From Thermogutta terrifontis (lineage in GTDB: Bacteria > Planctomycetota > Planctomycetia > Pirellulales > Thermoguttaceae): 64,000 nt of DNA. This document shows positions 61,019-64,000 of this stretch, piece after piece. A model generated the notes under the pieces. The model saw only the letters and a list, made by a program, of their open reading frames with translations, made no database searches and was not told where the DNA came from. The position numbers and the translations under genes were made by a program. Positions within the stretch are counted from its first letter, which is position 1. Each line of letters starts with the position of its first letter. The stretch is from contig NZ_CP018477.1 in the NCBI RefSeq assembly GCF_002277955.1, positions 2,003,206-2,067,205 of the forward strand. The letters run 5' to 3'.

Positions 61019-63841
61019 TCATCCGGATTTTTTGGGTAGGTTGTCGCCCAGCAGTTGCTCTACCACCGGTTTCAGGAGTTCCGACCACAACTGGTATCCC
61101 TTGTCGCTCAGATGAAGGCCGTCGTTGACGAAAAGGTCTGGTTGCGGATGGCCATCGGGGCCCAGCATGGGTTTCTCGACGTCCAGAAAATGCACTTTGG
61201 ATTCCGGATGGGCCCGGCAGTATTCCTCAATGAGATGGTTGGCGGCTCGAATTTTGTCGATCAGATGCCATCGGGCAAGCGATGGCTTGATCCCGATGAA
61301 GATGACCGGGGCGGTGACACCTTCGGAACGGATGACCTGCAGGAAATCGGCGAAGCGCCGACAAACGATCTCCGGTGATGCCCCGGCTCCAATGTCGTTG
61401 TCCCCGGCATAGAAGACAATCAGTTGAGGGTGGTAGGGAGCAATAATGCGCTTCGCGTAATGGGTAACCTCATGAATCTGTGAGCCGCCAAAGCCCCGAT
61501 TGATTGTGATCCAGTGGGGAAACCATCGCGACACATCCCATCGCACGATGCTGGAACTTCCCACGAAGAGAATGGCTCCGTCGGGTGGCGGATGAAGTTT
61601 GTCTGCTTCTTCGAATTTCTTGATGGCGGATTCCCAGCGTTCGGGCCCCGTGTCCTTTTTCTTCTCCTCGTAACTCGCAAGCCTCGCGGAGATCGCACGC
61701 CGCCATGACAGCAGTGCGCGATTCGCAGGTCGCGGGCCGATTTTCTCAAAAGGAATCGCCTCAAATCCTGGAAGTGTGGATTGAAGGGGGGCATCCGGCT
61801 TCAGCCGCCAGTCTTCGGTCTCGGGATTGACAAAGAAACGGGCTGTGGCCTCCAGCGGAAGTATCACATTGTTTTCCATGACGAGGTACGACCGCGCACG
61901 ATTCTCGATGTTTTCCCAGGTTCCCCCGAAGCAAAGGTTTTTGCGAATGATATTGCCTTTCGGTGCCGCAGGTTCGTCCTCGAGGATATTGACCAGTGTC
62001 GGATAGGCTTTTCGCCAGAGTTCACTCTTATAGGGCATGGCTTTGAGACGCTCCGTCATTGTCGTGGGCACGTGGTAGGAAGCCCAGCCGAGAGCGCGGG
62101 CATCGACATGCACTGCCGGGCGGCAGTCAATGAATATGTTATTCTCTACGAGATTGTCTCGCCCACCTCCGATAAATGCAGCGCGTGTTACCTGATAAAA
62201 GATATTGTTGGTGATTTGTGTGCCGCAGAACATATCGTCCAGGTACACTCCCATACAGCCGCGGTTTTGAAAACCCGATATATGATGAAAGTAATTCCAG
62301 GAGATGACGGTCCCCCGCATGGTCCAGTCACGGCCGGCGTAGATCGCTCCCGCATCGTTGGACTCCAGGCAGACGTGGTCGATCTCGTTCCATGAAATTG
62401 TGTGGTTGTTACCGGAAAAACCGACCGCCTGATGGGGCGCATGGTGGATGTGATTATGGAGGACATGCTGTCCAACGCCGCCGATCGAGACTCCCGCGCG
62501 ATACATGGGATGGATTTGCCCGTAGTCATGGATTTCGTTATCCTCCACGATGTGGCCTGCGGGCGAGAGCGTGGCCCGATCGCCCCCTGTGGCGGAGACG
62601 CCCCCTTCGCCGAGTTCATGGAGATGACTCTGGCGTACGACGCACTGACGACCTCCACGTATCTGAACCGCCCAGCCACCCGTCAATAGGAATTCACAGT
62701 TTTCGACGGTGCAATTTTCACAATTCTCGCACACCAGTGCCGTGCCGCGACAATGGGCGAGCCGCAGACCCCGCAAGGTGACATTTCTTACTGAAACCAG
62801 TTGCATAATTCCAGAACTGACAGAAACGGTGGGCTGGCCATCTTCAAGGCGGGCGGGATCGGTGGGAGAGTCGGGCGGCCAGAAATAGAGCTGGCCCGTT
62901 ACTCTGTCGAGATAATATTCGCCCGGTGTGTCGAGTTCACTGAGGAGATTGAAGGCATACCACCACTGTCCTTTTCGGTAGCCATAGTAATGGTAAGGTG
63001 GTTTAACAGCAATGAGGGAACGATCGGGATCAATGAGGGCGACCGGATGCCGCTGGTCGGACCAGTCCCAGAACCAGTAGCCATGAACCCAGGGGTCCTT
63101 CTCCTTCACCCAGCGGGATGGACGATTGCCCTCGTAAATAAACTTGCCGACTTTGTCGCCCTTTTTACCGCGTACGTCGATGGGCTGTTCACCCAATACG
63201 TCCACAATTTTGGTAAAACCCTGGTTCGGCCATCGCGCTAATGTCATTCGGCGATTTTGATAGCAAAGCTCGAGACCTCCGCCTCCCGCCGAGCCGTAGT
63301 CGGACACCCCAAGTTCTTTAAGATCGGCAATGAAGACGTGCTCGCGTGCCTCTTGAGGGAGGAGCGGCGACACGTTGGCCACCTCAATCGCACGTTTCCA
63401 GTTCGTGACGAGTCGTCCGCCACTCCATACCACGGCGCCAGGCGTCTTTGCTTCAAATTCGAGGCTGGCGATCGACTTCGGTAGATCACGGAGGGTAACG
63501 GGTTCGGACAATTCCAGCCGGCCAGGTTCGAAAATGACCTTGACCCTGACAACAGTGCCTTTTTCTGCAACTTGATTCAAGGCCTGGCGGAGTTGGGCAA
63601 GTGTCCGCCATGGTCCGGTGCGATTTTTGGCATCCGGAGAAGGCGACAGCCCGGACCACTCATCGTTTCCCTGGGCAGAAACGTAGAAGGTGACCTGGCC
63701 CGACGCTGCTTCCTCGCCAGATGCGATCGCCCCTTGTGGCAACAGCCACCCGGTGATCAGGCAACTCAAGATCGCCCAGCGGACAAGAGTGCCTTTTGTT
63801 TCAGCAAGCATGGTGCAACTTTCCTTATTCGAGGAAATCAA
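61019..63841 (-). CDS. secreted bifunctional protein: N-terminal parallel beta-helix domain + C-terminal SGNH/GDSL hydrolase (carbohydrate esterase-like) domain
   Basis: Signal peptide (WAILSCLITGWLLPQGAIASG). Beta-helix rungs (NVTLRGLRLAHCRGTALVCENCENCTVENCEF, NNIFYQVTRAAFIGGGRDNLVENNIFIDC). C-terminal SGNH blocks (ILFVGSSSIVRWD, GFGGSQ, FYAGDNDIG, DGLHLSDKGYQ). Confidence 0.55.
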   Translation of the reverse strand: MISSNKESCTMLAETKGTLVRWAILSCLITGWLLPQGAIASGEEAASGQVTFYVSAQGNDEWSGLSPSPDAKNRTGPWRTLAQLRQALNQVAEKGTVVRVKVIFEPGRLELSEPVTLRDLPKSIASLEFEAKTPGAVVWSGGRLVTNWKRAIEVANVSPLLPQEAREHVFIADLKELGVSDYGSAGGGGLELCYQNRRMTLARWPNQGFTKIVDVLGEQPIDVRGKKGDKVGKFIYEGNRPSRWVKEKDPWVHGYWFWDWSDQRHPVALIDPDRSLIAVKPPYHYYGYRKGQWWYAFNLLSELDTPGEYYLDRVTGQLYFWPPDSPTDPARLEDGQPTVSVSSGIMQLVSVRNVTLRGLRLAHCRGTALVCENCENCTVENCEFLLTGGWAVQIRGGRQCVVRQSHLHELGEGGVSATGGDRATLSPAGHIVEDNEIHDYGQIHPMYRAGVSIGGVGQHVLHNHIHHAPHQAVGFSGNNHTISWNEIDHVCLESNDAGAIYAGRDWTMRGTVISWNYFHHISGFQNRGCMGVYLDDMFCGTQITNNIFYQVTRAAFIGGGRDNLVENNIFIDCRPAVHVDARALGWASYHVPTTMTERLKAMPYKSELWRKAYPTLVNILEDEPAAPKGNIIRKNLCFGGTWENIENRARSYLVMENNVILPLEATARFFVNPETEDWRLKPDAPLQSTLPGFEAIPFEKIGPRPANRALLSWRRAISARLASYEEKKKDTGPERWESAIKKFEEADKLHPPPDGAILFVGSSSIVRWDVSRWFPHWITINRGFGGSQIHEVTHYAKRIIAPYHPQLIVFYAGDNDIGAGASPEIVCRRFADFLQVIRSEGVTAPVIFIGIKPSLARWHLIDKIRAANHLIEEYCRAHPESKVHFLDVEKPMLGPDGHPQPDLFVNDGLHLSDKGYQLWSELLKPVVEQLLGDNLPKKSG

Positions 63842-64000
63842 AGAAGTGACTGTCGTCCCTTAAAGCAATACTCCAGCTGTGGTTCGTAGACCACTTGACG
63901 GAGATGTCAAACATCAGGCCGTGTAACCCTCTGCTCGCACCCTGCGGCTCACTGGGTTGAGATGGGTTGAGAAATGCGAGCCAGTCCTCGCTCAGCGGAT

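Overview
GC-rich chromosomal segment with strong Planctomycetes character: twin-arginine-signal Gfo/Idh/MocA oxidoreductases, a sulfatase, a DUF1570 protein and several large secreted beta-helix proteins. The window includes the replication initiator dnaA, so it probably lies near oriC. Most genes are housekeeping: hisI-hisG, an ABC-F ATPase, fabI, acyl-CoA dehydrogenase with etfB-etfA, nadK, the conserved xseB-ispA-dxs block preceded by eno and guaA, dapF, xseA, a YjeF-N epimerase and an NCS1 permease. Accessory islands of envelope and polysaccharide-acting genes sit between them. I found no rRNA, tRNA, CRISPR array, transposase or integrase. The most unusual loci are (i) an operon with an SPFH (band-7) protein fused to a YbjN-like C-terminal domain, directly followed by a secreted DUF1570 HExxH putative metallopeptidase and preceded by a small helical protein (30652-33904); (ii) a translationally coupled exbB-exbD-exbD operon that ends in an 880-aa secreted TPR/alpha-solenoid protein instead of tonB (56453-61016); (iii) a cluster of Tat-exported Gfo/Idh/MocA enzymes (GH109-like), a QW-repeat toroid protein and a sulfatase-HEAT fusion; (iv) multi-domain secreted beta-helix proteins, one fused to an SGNH esterase domain. 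Gene starts were re-checked against the sequence where the ORF track begins at an upstream GTG/TTG extension.
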